Assembly (NCBI GenBank): GCA_023488685.1
Contig: JAMDDR010000084.1
Span: 1,916-65,915 of the forward strand
Length of the DNA: 64,000 nt
Reading direction: 5' to 3'
Source: Chloroflexota bacterium
Lineage (GTDB): Bacteria > Chloroflexota > Anaerolineae > J036 > Brachytrichaceae
The position numbers and the translations under genes are program-made. Below the pieces are notes generated by a model. That model did no database searches, was not told where the DNA came from, and was given only the letters and a program-made list of their open reading frames with translations. Positions 1 to 8,747 of the stretch are shown piece by piece; positions within the stretch are counted from its first letter, which is position 1, and every line of letters begins with the position of its first letter.

Positions 1-170
1 GCCTTGATGGTCAGATCGAACAGGCCATGGTGCGCAACGTGGTGCAGCATATGGTCGTAGAAGCCGACACCGGTATCGATTTCAGCCCTGCCGGTGCCGT
101 CCAGGTCCAGCATCACCCGCACATCCGTCTCTTTGGTTACCCGATGGATTTCTGTCGATCTACCTTTCAC
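1..170 (-). CDS. hisB: imidazoleglycerol-phosphate dehydratase, N-terminal part (gene runs off the window)
   Basis: Not in the ORF track. My minus-strand translation from GTG at 168-170 gives [56 protein letters not shown]. This is the canonical IGPD N-terminus (TKET..LDG.G....TG.GF.DHML). It starts 4 nt after the hisC stop. Confidence 0.8.
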   Translation of the reverse strand, partial: MKGRSTEIHRVTKETDVRVMLDLDGTGRAEIDTGVGFYDHMLHHVAHHGLFDLTIK

Positions 171-174
171 CCCG

Positions 175-1287
175 TCACTCCTTTACTGGCTCCAGTTCGC
201 GCAGGGTTGCCAACAGGCGGTCCGTTTCCTCGGGCCGCCCAACGCTAATGCGGATGCAATCCCGCAGACCATCTCTGTCGAAGTAACGCACCAGGATACC
301 GTGTTGCTCCAATCCAAGCTTCAACTGCCTGGCGTCGCGGTCGCGCACCCGGCACAACAGGAAATTGGCCTGGCTGGGGTACACGTGTAACCAGCCCAAC
401 TCACTCAGCAGTTCACCCATGCGCTCGCGTTCGGAGACGATGCGGCGCACCACCTCTTGCAGATACTCGGGATCGCTTAATGCCGCGATGGCCGCAATGC
501 TGCCCGCGACGTTGGGTGTGTAAGGCTGTTTGATTTTCCACAGGTGCTGGATGACGTTTTGTGGGAAGACCCCGTATCCTACGCGCACGCCGGCCAGCCC
601 GGCCAGCTTGCTAAAGGTGCGCAGAACGATGAGGTTGCCACGCTCGCGCACCCAACCGGCGCGGCTAGGATAGGCGCTGAAATCGATATAAGCCTCGTCC
701 AGGACGACGACTAAAGGCAGGTCGAGCAGTTCGTCCAAGTCGCGGTCGGCCAGCATGCAACCGTCTGGGTTGTTGGGATTTGCGACAAAGAGTAATTTGG
801 GTCTGCTGCCCGACGGCTGATGTGCAACGACCTGTTTGATGGCTTCCACATCGACGGAGAAATCGGCGCGGCGCGGTACAGTCACGTACGTTGCGTTGAC
901 GATATCGGCCTCAAACTTGTACATGCCAAATGTCGGCGGCAGATCGATGACGGCGTCGCCGGGCTGGATGAATGCCCGGCCGATCAGGTCGATCACCTCA
1001 TCCACGCCTGCGCCACACAGGATATGCTCTATCGGCACACCGATAAACCCCGAGATGGCCTCTCGCAGTGTCGTCTGGTCAGGGTCCGGGTAAATGTGCA
1101 ACACATCGGCGCCGGCAAGTGCCTGCAAGGCTCGCGGCGATGGCCCATAAGGGTTCTCGTTCGCGTCGAGCTTGACGATCTGAGCGCGTGTGACCCCCAG
1201 CCGTTTTGTGAGTACGTCAAACGGGACGATGGGTGTGTATGGCTGCATGTCGCGTAAGTGTGGCGCGATCATCTCTTCAACGTTCAT
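175..1287 (-). CDS. hisC: histidinol-phosphate aminotransferase
   Basis: 370-aa ORF with [18 protein letters not shown] and [16 protein letters not shown] (PLP-lysine motif). It sits between hisG and hisB. Confidence 0.9.
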   Translation of the reverse strand: MNVEEMIAPHLRDMQPYTPIVPFDVLTKRLGVTRAQIVKLDANENPYGPSPRALQALAGADVLHIYPDPDQTTLREAISGFIGVPIEHILCGAGVDEVIDLIGRAFIQPGDAVIDLPPTFGMYKFEADIVNATYVTVPRRADFSVDVEAIKQVVAHQPSGSRPKLLFVANPNNPDGCMLADRDLDELLDLPLVVVLDEAYIDFSAYPSRAGWVRERGNLIVLRTFSKLAGLAGVRVGYGVFPQNVIQHLWKIKQPYTPNVAGSIAAIAALSDPEYLQEVVRRIVSERERMGELLSELGWLHVYPSQANFLLCRVRDRDARQLKLGLEQHGILVRYFDRDGLRDCIRISVGRPEETDRLLATLRELEPVKE

Positions 1288-1298
1288 GGATGAAACCT

Positions 1299-2300
1299 CT
1301 ACTGAGATACCAGCTCCTTCAGTGCCCGCACTCGATCCGGCTGTTCTTCGAAGATGTAAGTCACTGGTGTGACGACCACACCACTGCCGCCGATGCCACG
1401 CAGTTGCTGGATGGCATCGGTCAGTTCGCTGCGCCGCACGATCAGGTTAACGGCGAACCAGGGCAACTGCCCATGGCTGACATACACCGGCGACAGGGTG
1501 GGGCCTTGCAGTCCGCCGAGCGTCGTCTGCGTGCGCATGGCATGGGCCACGGCTTCTGCCGAGTCGCCGCGCATGTTTGCAAATACCATCACATAACCCT
1601 GGGCGCGCAGGTGTGCCTCGAAGTATTCGAGCAGCGTGACAGCGATTTGCATCACCTCGGGTCGCTTTAGCGATTGCCGGTTGGCGACAAGGCTGGCCTC
1701 GGTGTGAAGCATCACACCATCGCTGAGCGCGCGCAGACGATTCTGCTGCAGGGTCGAACCGGTCTCGGTAATGTCCACGATGATATCGGCGTAGCCAATC
1801 TCCGGAACGACTTCCAGCGAGCCTTCAGCGTCGATCAACACGAATGGTGTTACGGCATGCCGGCACAGGAAATCCGCTGTTAGCTTGTGATACTTGGTGA
1901 CCACGCGCAACGGCGCCGGCAACTGGCGTGTTCGCGCGGCCAGGTCGGCCATGCTTTGCACATCAGCCCAACGTTCGGGGACGGCGACGACGACTTTGCA
2001 CCGGCCAAAGCCGAGTGCATCGTGCAGGACGTGTGTTTGTGCACCCGTGTCGGTGTCGGCGATCACATCGTAGCCGGTGATGCCGAAGTCAACCCCACCA
2101 TTCGCCACGCTGACGGCGATATCCCGCGGACGCTGAAACAGGACGGTGACGCCAGGCAAGGCACTCACACTGCCGACGTAACTGCGTGTGACCGACTGTT
2201 TGATGTCAAACCCACAGTGAGAAAGAAACTCCAATGTCGGCCCTTGCATGCGGCCTTTGGAAGGTATGGCAATACGGATATCGGTTCGGGTCGGTGTCAC
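1299..2300 (-). CDS. hisG: ATP phosphoribosyltransferase (long form)
   Basis: 333-aa ORF with [10 protein letters not shown] and a C-terminal regulatory-domain-length extension. The GTG start overlaps the sucC TGA stop (GTGA). Confidence 0.88.
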   Translation of the reverse strand: MTPTRTDIRIAIPSKGRMQGPTLEFLSHCGFDIKQSVTRSYVGSVSALPGVTVLFQRPRDIAVSVANGGVDFGITGYDVIADTDTGAQTHVLHDALGFGRCKVVVAVPERWADVQSMADLAARTRQLPAPLRVVTKYHKLTADFLCRHAVTPFVLIDAEGSLEVVPEIGYADIIVDITETGSTLQQNRLRALSDGVMLHTEASLVANRQSLKRPEVMQIAVTLLEYFEAHLRAQGYVMVFANMRGDSAEAVAHAMRTQTTLGGLQGPTLSPVYVSHGQLPWFAVNLIVRRSELTDAIQQLRGIGGSGVVVTPVTYIFEEQPDRVRALKELVSQ

Positions 2301-3445
2301 TGCTTTGCCAACTCCACGGCCTTCTGTACGGCCGCACTGAAACTGCTTGCCGTGGCGATGTTCGCACTGGCGAGGATGCGGTTACCTTCTTCCTGGTTGG
2401 TGCCCACAATGCGGGCCACCATGGGCACGTTTGGTTTCACTTCGTCCAGGGCCTCGACAATCCCCCTGGCAACCTCGTCGCCGCGCGTGATTCCCCCGAA
2501 GATATTGAACAACACGACCTTGACCTTGGGGTCATCCAGGATGATCCGTAGGGCAGCGGCGACCTTGTCAGCCTTCGCCCCGCCGGCGACGTCCAGGAAA
2601 TTGGCTGGTTGGCCGCCGTAGTACTGGATGATGTCCATCGTCGCCATCGCCAACCCGGCTCCATTCACCATGCACCCAATGTTGCCGTCCAGCGAAATGA
2701 AGTTCAACCCGGCTGCACGGGCCTTCTTCTCGGCTTCGGAGTCCTCGTCGGGGTCACGCGCCTCGGTGAGTTCAGGGTGGCGGAACATGGCGTTGTCGTC
2801 AATGACGATTTTGCCGTCCAGCGCGATGAGACGGGCGGGGGCGTTGTCACCCTGTCCCACGACTGCGAGCGGATTGATTTCGGCCAGGGACGCATCATTC
2901 GCCACGAAAGCATTCGCCAGTCCTTTGGCGATCTGGATGAACTCGGACCAGTGTTCACGCGGCAGCCCGATGTGTACGGCAATGTCGCGTGCTGAGTAGT
3001 CGGGCAATCCGACGAAGGGATCGATAGGCACCCGCACGATTTTCTCCGGCGTCCTGGCCGCCACCTCCTCGATATCCATCCCACCAGCGGCGCTTGCCAT
3101 CAATGTCGCCCGCCGGGATGTGCGATCGATGACGATTCCCAGGTAGATTTCGCTACGGATATCGGCCGCGGGGTCGACGAGCACCTTGCGCACAGGCAAT
3201 CCTTTAATGGTCAGGCTCAAGATATCGCGCGCCCTGGCTTCGACTTCGTCCAGTGTCTTGGCGACTTTCACGCCGCCGGCTTTGCCGCGTCCACCAACCA
3301 ACACCTGTGACTTGATCACAACGGGCAACCCAATTCGCTCTGCAGCCGCGCGAGCGGCCCCAGGTGTCTCCGCCACAATGCCTTGTGGAACAGGCACGCC
3401 ATACTTGTCGAACAGTTGCTTGGACTGGTACTCGTGGAGTTTCAT
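2297..3445 (-). CDS. sucC: succinyl-CoA synthetase beta subunit (ADP-forming)
   Basis: 382-aa ORF starting [12 protein letters not shown], with an ATP-grasp N-domain and C-domain motifs [15 protein letters not shown] and NIFGGITR. Confidence 0.9.
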   Translation of the reverse strand: MKLHEYQSKQLFDKYGVPVPQGIVAETPGAARAAAERIGLPVVIKSQVLVGGRGKAGGVKVAKTLDEVEARARDILSLTIKGLPVRKVLVDPAADIRSEIYLGIVIDRTSRRATLMASAAGGMDIEEVAARTPEKIVRVPIDPFVGLPDYSARDIAVHIGLPREHWSEFIQIAKGLANAFVANDASLAEINPLAVVGQGDNAPARLIALDGKIVIDDNAMFRHPELTEARDPDEDSEAEKKARAAGLNFISLDGNIGCMVNGAGLAMATMDIIQYYGGQPANFLDVAGGAKADKVAAALRIILDDPKVKVVLFNIFGGITRGDEVARGIVEALDEVKPNVPMVARIVGTNQEEGNRILASANIATASSFSAAVQKAVELAKQ

Positions 3446-3541
3446 AGCAAATATATAACTTTACAGATTAATCATTCGCTGAATGTGTATACGTGATTAT
3501 AGTGGCCGGTAAGACATGAGGAACGAAATCATGCCGACAGA

Positions 3542-4462
3542 TCAGGTTTCAATGACCCGGTTAACCGAATACCCAAGCTGGTTCAATCCATCGACCAGCT
3601 TGGTTTCCGTGGCATAGATATCGGTGCGGATGGCAACCAGGTCACTGCCACCGGCTGAGAGAACCACGGTCAAGTGCACGCCGTCCTCCAGCATCTGGCC
3701 GCGTGATTTGATATACACCGTAGGGTGTTGCGTCTGGACGCTCTGTAGTAGCGTGGCGATGCGCGACTCGTCGCCGCGATCCAGCACCAGCGCGCGCTCG
3801 ACGTAACCGCCGGCGCCGATCGTCCGTTCGAGGATGGGTTGTAGTGAACTGGTAAAGATATCCTTCATCTCCGAAGGCACACCTGGCATGCTCACGATCG
3901 TGGTGCCATTTACGTCCAGCACCACACCAGGGGCGGCACCGTTCGCGTTGACCAATGGTGTGGCACCCTGTGGCAGAAGGGCCATCTTTCGACGCGCTTC
4001 GTTCAATTCGGCACTGAAGTTGGGACGGATGCTGGCGAGATACTCGTAACGCGTACGCACCATCGCCAATGCTTGCGCGTCTTCGACCAGGGAGAGATCG
4101 AGCGCACGTGCCAGGGCGCGCAGGGTCAGGTCGTCATCTGTAGGTCCCAGACCTCCCGTCGTGAGGATCAGGCGCGGCTTGCGTTGCAGGGCGCTCGCCA
4201 GTGCGTCGGCAATCTCGTCATACTCGTCGCGTAGTATCACTGCACGGCGTACGCGCGCACCGAGGGCTGTGAGCGAACGTATGAGCCAGTGGGTGTTGGT
4301 ATCCTGCACCTGGCCGACCAGGAGTTCATTGCCAATGGCAAAAATTTCCACGCAGCGGTCGCAGGCATCTGGTTTCAGCATGTCATCCATAGATTCCGTG
4401 ATGATACACCTGTGATCGTCGTCTCGAAGAACAGGTCCTGTGACTGACATTCGCGATCTCAT
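3542..4462 (-). CDS. CinA-like MoCF/molybdopterin-binding domain protein (no PncC deamidase domain)
   Basis: VEIFAIGNELLVGQVQDTNTHW and TTGGLGPTDDDLT are CinA N-domain hallmarks. The start is uncertain: in-frame ATGs at 4390 and 4381 would give a more typical N-terminus. Confidence 0.7.
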   Translation of the reverse strand: MRSRMSVTGPVLRDDDHRCIITESMDDMLKPDACDRCVEIFAIGNELLVGQVQDTNTHWLIRSLTALGARVRRAVILRDEYDEIADALASALQRKPRLILTTGGLGPTDDDLTLRALARALDLSLVEDAQALAMVRTRYEYLASIRPNFSAELNEARRKMALLPQGATPLVNANGAAPGVVLDVNGTTIVSMPGVPSEMKDIFTSSLQPILERTIGAGGYVERALVLDRGDESRIATLLQSVQTQHPTVYIKSRGQMLEDGVHLTVVLSAGGSDLVAIRTDIYATETKLVDGLNQLGYSVNRVIET

Positions 4463-4527
4463 TTGACATATCGATGGGTTGTGCTAATACCAGCGTTTAA
4501 ACCATTCTCACGAACGGAGTTCAAGAC

Positions 4528-5487
4528 ATGGACTATTCATCCATCAAAGGGTTTAATTACCAGCCAAGCTACGGCAGCAATGGGTTTGAAATATGGCGGC
4601 AGTTTGACGCGACGGTGGTCGATCGCGAATTGGGCGCAGGCAAGCGCTACTTCCCGGGAATGAATGCGATTCGTCTCTGGTTATCGTGGGATGCATTCAA
4701 CCGCGAGCCGGAGCGGTTTGCCCAGGCTTTTGACACGGCATTAGCAACAGCACAGAGTTACGATCTGGTGGTCATGCCGGTTCTGTTCAACCGCTGGCAT
4801 GATCGGGCACTGGACTATGGGGGCATCTATATCGATCACTTCCTGTCCCGCGTAAGCTGGGTGCAGCGAGAGCACATGTTCGACCGTTACATGGAGATGA
4901 TCGTTGGCCGGCATGCCGCCGACCCGCGCGTGTTTGCGTGGGATCTGTGCAACGAACCGTTTTCATATTCGTGTCCGCCTGAGGAGATCCCGGAGATCGT
5001 GGACGCAGAGTTGAGCTGGTTGGAGGGCTTATACAAGACCTGCAAGCGGCTTAATGCCACAGCGCCCGTCACAGTCGGTATCCACCCCGGCCATGGGCGA
5101 CGGGGGATGGAACAGGTGGCGCCTATTAGCGATATTCTCAGTATCCACCCCTACTGGACCGCCGACAGTCCGGCGCATGACAAGGGCGTTTACGAAAAGT
5201 CGTTGGATGACTACGTGGCTGTGGCAGCAAGACTGAACAAGCCGCTGCTCGCCACTGAGACGTGTTGGGGCGCGCTCGACGATGCAAAACGGGTGAGCAT
5301 CATCACCTACACCCTGGGTGAGCTGAAGAAACGCAACATCGGCTGGCTGGTCTATCTGTTACACCACAGCTTGATTGCCGACGCGCACCGGCCAGAATAT
5401 GGCCCGGTGACAGACCCGGGCAACCTCGCTTTTATCGAAGCCGATGACAGCCTGCGGCCTGGTCACGGCGTTTTCAATGAGTTCTAG
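4528..5487 (+). CDS. glycoside hydrolase, clan GH-A (GH5-like) TIM-barrel
   Basis: 319-aa ORF. WDLCNEPF is an NEP acid/base motif, and a later ATETCWG is a candidate nucleophile Glu. GGAG lies 9 nt upstream of the ATG. Confidence 0.55.
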   Translation: MDYSSIKGFNYQPSYGSNGFEIWRQFDATVVDRELGAGKRYFPGMNAIRLWLSWDAFNREPERFAQAFDTALATAQSYDLVVMPVLFNRWHDRALDYGGIYIDHFLSRVSWVQREHMFDRYMEMIVGRHAADPRVFAWDLCNEPFSYSCPPEEIPEIVDAELSWLEGLYKTCKRLNATAPVTVGIHPGHGRRGMEQVAPISDILSIHPYWTADSPAHDKGVYEKSLDDYVAVAARLNKPLLATETCWGALDDAKRVSIITYTLGELKKRNIGWLVYLLHHSLIADAHRPEYGPVTDPGNLAFIEADDSLRPGHGVFNEF

Positions 5488-5490
5488 GAC

Positions 5491-6897
5491 TCATCTGCCC
5501 GTGCAAAACTCGTGTACCACTTCGTACAAGACCTGCACGCCCCAGGCCAGCGACTCGACTGACACGCGCTCGTCATGCCCGTGCACCAGATCGCTGAAAT
5601 GCTCGCCTGGCCGGAACTTCAGCGGCGAGAAGCCGTAACAAATGGTGCCGAGTTTTGCCACGTGCTTTGCGTCAGTCGCGCCGGTGAGCATTGACGGGAT
5701 CGGAAGACCGGCCGGATCATGCCGTTTTAACGTCTGGCATAGCAGACGGTAAAGCGGCGTGTTCGTCCCAAATTCGACCGCCGGGGACAGGCTATCGACC
5801 TCGAAGGTGACGTTGCCGGCATCGTTTCCGAGCGTGTGCTTGATCTCGTCGATCATTTCGGCAGGGCTGAAGCCCGGCAGTGTACGGCAGTCCAGCACGG
5901 CATCCGCGAATGAGGGGATGACGTTCGTTTTCACCCCGGCGCGCAAACCGGTCGGTGTCGCCGTGTTATGGGTGATGGCGCGCAATTCGGCCGCCAGACC
6001 GGGATCACGCACGATGTGTTCGAAAAGAGGCGAGCCACTCGAGTCGCGTGAAGCAAGCAGCGCACGCAACCCGGCGCCCTGTGGGCCACCCAGACCGTCG
6101 GCCAGTCCGGCGATAAATGCTCGTGCGGTTGCGCTCATGTGCATTGGAAAGCGTGCCCGCGAGAGTTTGTCCACGGCCCGTGCCAGGTGTACCACCGCGT
6201 TATCGTCATGCGGCACACTGGCATGGCCGGGGCGGCCGGATGTGCGCATGCGCATCCAGGCTGTCCCTTTTTCAGCCACCTGGATGGGATAAAAGCATTT
6301 GCCGGAGGCGTACATCGAGAATCCCCCGAACTCGCTCAGACCATATTCGGCGCGCAGCAAATCGGGGTGGCATTGAATCAACGGGCCGATGCCCTGATCG
6401 GTGTCCGTCTCCTCATCGGCGGTTGCGGCCAGGATGATGTCTCGTTGCAAAGGTGTGTGACCTGCTTTGCTGACCTGGCGGGCCAGCGTCAGGAACGCGA
6501 CTAATTGCATGGCGCCAATGCCCTTCATATCGAGTGCGCCGCGGCCATATACGTAGCCGTTGTGCAACATGCCGCCGAAGGGGTCGACTGTCCAGTGCTC
6601 ACGTTCGACCGGTACCACGTCGGTGTGGGAATAGAGTAGCAGAGGCGCGGCGTTGCCATTGCCCTTAAGCCGTGCAACCACGTTGCCGCGCCCCGGTGCT
6701 GTCTCGATGACAGTCGGTTCGATGCCATTCTCGTGCAGGATGTTGGCGATGTACCCCGCCGCGATGCTTTCGTTCCCGGGTGGGTTGGAGGTATCGAGGC
6801 GAATCAATGCCTGTAACACGCGCACCGTTTCATCTGCCATTGCATTCCAGTTTACGTCGACCATGTATGCATTGTGCCACAGGCTGGCATCAGACAT
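5491..6897 (-). CDS. M20 family metallopeptidase (ArgE/DapE/ACY1/CPG2-like)
   Basis: LLLYSHTDVVP, GRGALDMKG and ADEETD motifs. I trimmed the start to ATG 6897 (MSDASLW...) because the longest ORF (7059) would overlap the divergent proS start. Confidence 0.8.
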   Translation of the reverse strand: MSDASLWHNAYMVDVNWNAMADETVRVLQALIRLDTSNPPGNESIAAGYIANILHENGIEPTVIETAPGRGNVVARLKGNGNAAPLLLYSHTDVVPVEREHWTVDPFGGMLHNGYVYGRGALDMKGIGAMQLVAFLTLARQVSKAGHTPLQRDIILAATADEETDTDQGIGPLIQCHPDLLRAEYGLSEFGGFSMYASGKCFYPIQVAEKGTAWMRMRTSGRPGHASVPHDDNAVVHLARAVDKLSRARFPMHMSATARAFIAGLADGLGGPQGAGLRALLASRDSSGSPLFEHIVRDPGLAAELRAITHNTATPTGLRAGVKTNVIPSFADAVLDCRTLPGFSPAEMIDEIKHTLGNDAGNVTFEVDSLSPAVEFGTNTPLYRLLCQTLKRHDPAGLPIPSMLTGATDAKHVAKLGTICYGFSPLKFRPGEHFSDLVHGHDERVSVESLAWGVQVLYEVVHEFCTGR

Positions 6898-7034
6898 GTG
6901 TCGCACGGTTCGTGTGCGTATAATCCTTGCACGCGCTTGCGTGCAAGCGTTGCCGGCAAGGGTCTGGCCCAATGGGCGATCGTTACTGGCAGCAATATGC
7001 GCACCAGTCGCAAATCGACAAACAGAAATCCAAA

Positions 7035-8465
7035 ATGGCAAAGATAACCCCACGTTCAAAAGACTTTTCCGAGTGGTATCTGGACGTCATCCGAGAAGCA
7101 GACATGGCCGATTACGCGCCGGTGCGCGGGTGCATCGTGGTCAAACCGTACGGCTGGTCTCTCTACGAGAACATGCGCGATTTCCTGGATCGGCGTTTTA
7201 AGGAGACCGGCCACAGCAATGCCGCTTTCCCGTTGTTCATCCCCATGAGCTTCTTGCAGAAAGAGGCGCAGCATGTAAAGGGATTCAGCCCTGAATTAGC
7301 AGTCGTCACGATTGGAGGCGGCGAGACACTGGAGGAGCCGCTGGCAGTGCGCCCGACGAGTGAAACCATCATCGGATCAATGTATGCGCAGTGGGTCAAG
7401 TCCTATCGTGATTTGCCGGTGCTTATCAATACCTGGAACAGTGTGGTGCGGTGGGAGAAGCGCACCAAGCCGTTCTTGCGGACGATGGAGTTTTACTGGC
7501 AGGAAGGTCACACCGCTCACGCCACGCACGACGAAGCGATGGAAGAAGTGTTGCGGATGCTGGGCGTGTATGCGGACCACGCCTCCGAGGAATGTGCCAT
7601 CCCAGTTATTCAGGGTCGTAAGAGCATCAGCGAGCGCTTCGCCGGTGCCGACAACACATTCAGCATCGAAGCGATGATGGGTGATAAGAAGGCGTTGCAG
7701 GCGGGTACCAGTCACGACCTGGGTCAGAACTTCGCGCGAGCATTTGAGATCAAATACCTGGACCGCGATAACACGGAGAAACTGTGTTGGACGACATCGT
7801 GGGGGATGAGTTGGCGTATGTTGGGCGCCGTCATTATGACCCACGGCGATGATCAGGGTCTGCGTCTGCCACCCAAGATTGCGCCTGTCCAGGTGGTCAT
7901 CGTGCCCATCTATAAAAACGATACCGAGAAGAGCAGTGTGTTCGAAACGGCCGAGCGTATCTATAAGGAGATAAAAGCGGCTGGTTTACGTGTCAAACTG
8001 GATGATCGCGAGGAGACGCCCGGGTTTAAGTTCAACGATTGGGAGATGCGCGGTGTGCCGGTGCGGGTGGAGATCGGCCCCAAGGATGTTGCAAATCGCG
8101 CGGCTGCATTGGCGCGCCGTGATATTCCTGGGAAAGCAGGTAAAAGCTTCGTTCCCCAGGACGGCCTGGTGCAGCGCGTCCAGGTGTTGCTGGTTGAAGT
8201 TCATAACTCGTTGCTGCAACAGGCTACTGCCTTTCGCGATGCCAACATTCATGAAGTCAATACCTACGAGGAGTTAAAGGAAGTGGTGGAGGATGGCTTC
8301 GCCCTGGCTCCGGTGGCGGACGATCCTGAAGTGGATGCCAAGATCAAGGAGGAGACCAGGGCTACCAACCGCAACTTCCCGACGCAACAGGCGGCAGGGG
8401 AGTGGAAATGCATCATCACTGGCAAACCAGTGCGTGAACGGGCGCTGTTCGGTAAGGCCTACTAA
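7035..8465 (+). CDS. proS: prolyl-tRNA synthetase, archaeal/eukaryote-like type
   Basis: MAKITPRSKDFSEWYLDVIREA..., RPTSETIIG and WNSVVRWEKRTKPFLRTMEFYWQEGHTAH. There is no bacterial INS editing domain, and the C-terminus ends ...FGKAY. About 476 aa from ATG 7035. Confidence 0.9.
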   Translation: MAKITPRSKDFSEWYLDVIREADMADYAPVRGCIVVKPYGWSLYENMRDFLDRRFKETGHSNAAFPLFIPMSFLQKEAQHVKGFSPELAVVTIGGGETLEEPLAVRPTSETIIGSMYAQWVKSYRDLPVLINTWNSVVRWEKRTKPFLRTMEFYWQEGHTAHATHDEAMEEVLRMLGVYADHASEECAIPVIQGRKSISERFAGADNTFSIEAMMGDKKALQAGTSHDLGQNFARAFEIKYLDRDNTEKLCWTTSWGMSWRMLGAVIMTHGDDQGLRLPPKIAPVQVVIVPIYKNDTEKSSVFETAERIYKEIKAAGLRVKLDDREETPGFKFNDWEMRGVPVRVEIGPKDVANRAAALARRDIPGKAGKSFVPQDGLVQRVQVLLVEVHNSLLQQATAFRDANIHEVNTYEELKEVVEDGFALAPVADDPEVDAKIKEETRATNRNFPTQQAAGEWKCIITGKPVRERALFGKAY

Positions 8466-8576
8466 AATCATCCTCGCGGCTGGCTATGCGCGAACGGTGT
8501 GGAGTATGCTTTTCGCCAGTTGCTCGCCCATAAAACGGCGGGCAATGTTCGTTTGAGCGCCTGTTAAAATGGCGCT

Positions 8577-8747
8577 ATGCATGCGGTCGAAACGTTGATG
8601 CTCGCGGATGCGGCACAGATGATGACCGACCCTCAAGCGCCGTTGTCGATCGACGTGCAAGAACCATGGGAATATGCCTATGCCCACATTGAGGGGGCAC
8701 AACTCCGGCCGTTAGGTGACCTTCAACAGTGGCTTGTTGAGGTTTGA
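8577..8747 (+). pseudogene. truncated rhodanese-like domain remnant (56 codons, below the ORF-track cutoff)
   Basis: My translation is MHAVETLMLADAAQMMTDPQAPLSIDVQEPWEYAYAHIEGAQLRPLGDLQQWLVEV*. It matches the first half of single-domain rhodaneses (..lIDVRep.Ey..gHI.GA..iPl.eL). It stops before the active-site Cys loop, and its stop overlaps the GH3 start. Confidence 0.45.

Noticed and set aside
1887-2621. A 244-aa plus-strand ORF across hisG/sucC.
   Set aside because: It is antisense to two strongly supported genes and has no recognisable motifs.
6898-7034. A T-box riboswitch upstream of proS.
   Set aside because: The leader is only ~110 nt. I see no specifier loop or T-box (AAUUAGGGUGGUACCGCG-like) sequence.
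6927-7059. The longest-ORF starts of proS (6927) and the M20 peptidase (7059), which would overlap head-to-head by 133 nt.
   Set aside because: Conserved family N-termini begin at ATG 7035 (MAKITPRSKDF) and ATG 6897. The extensions are unconserved-looking and mutually overlapping.
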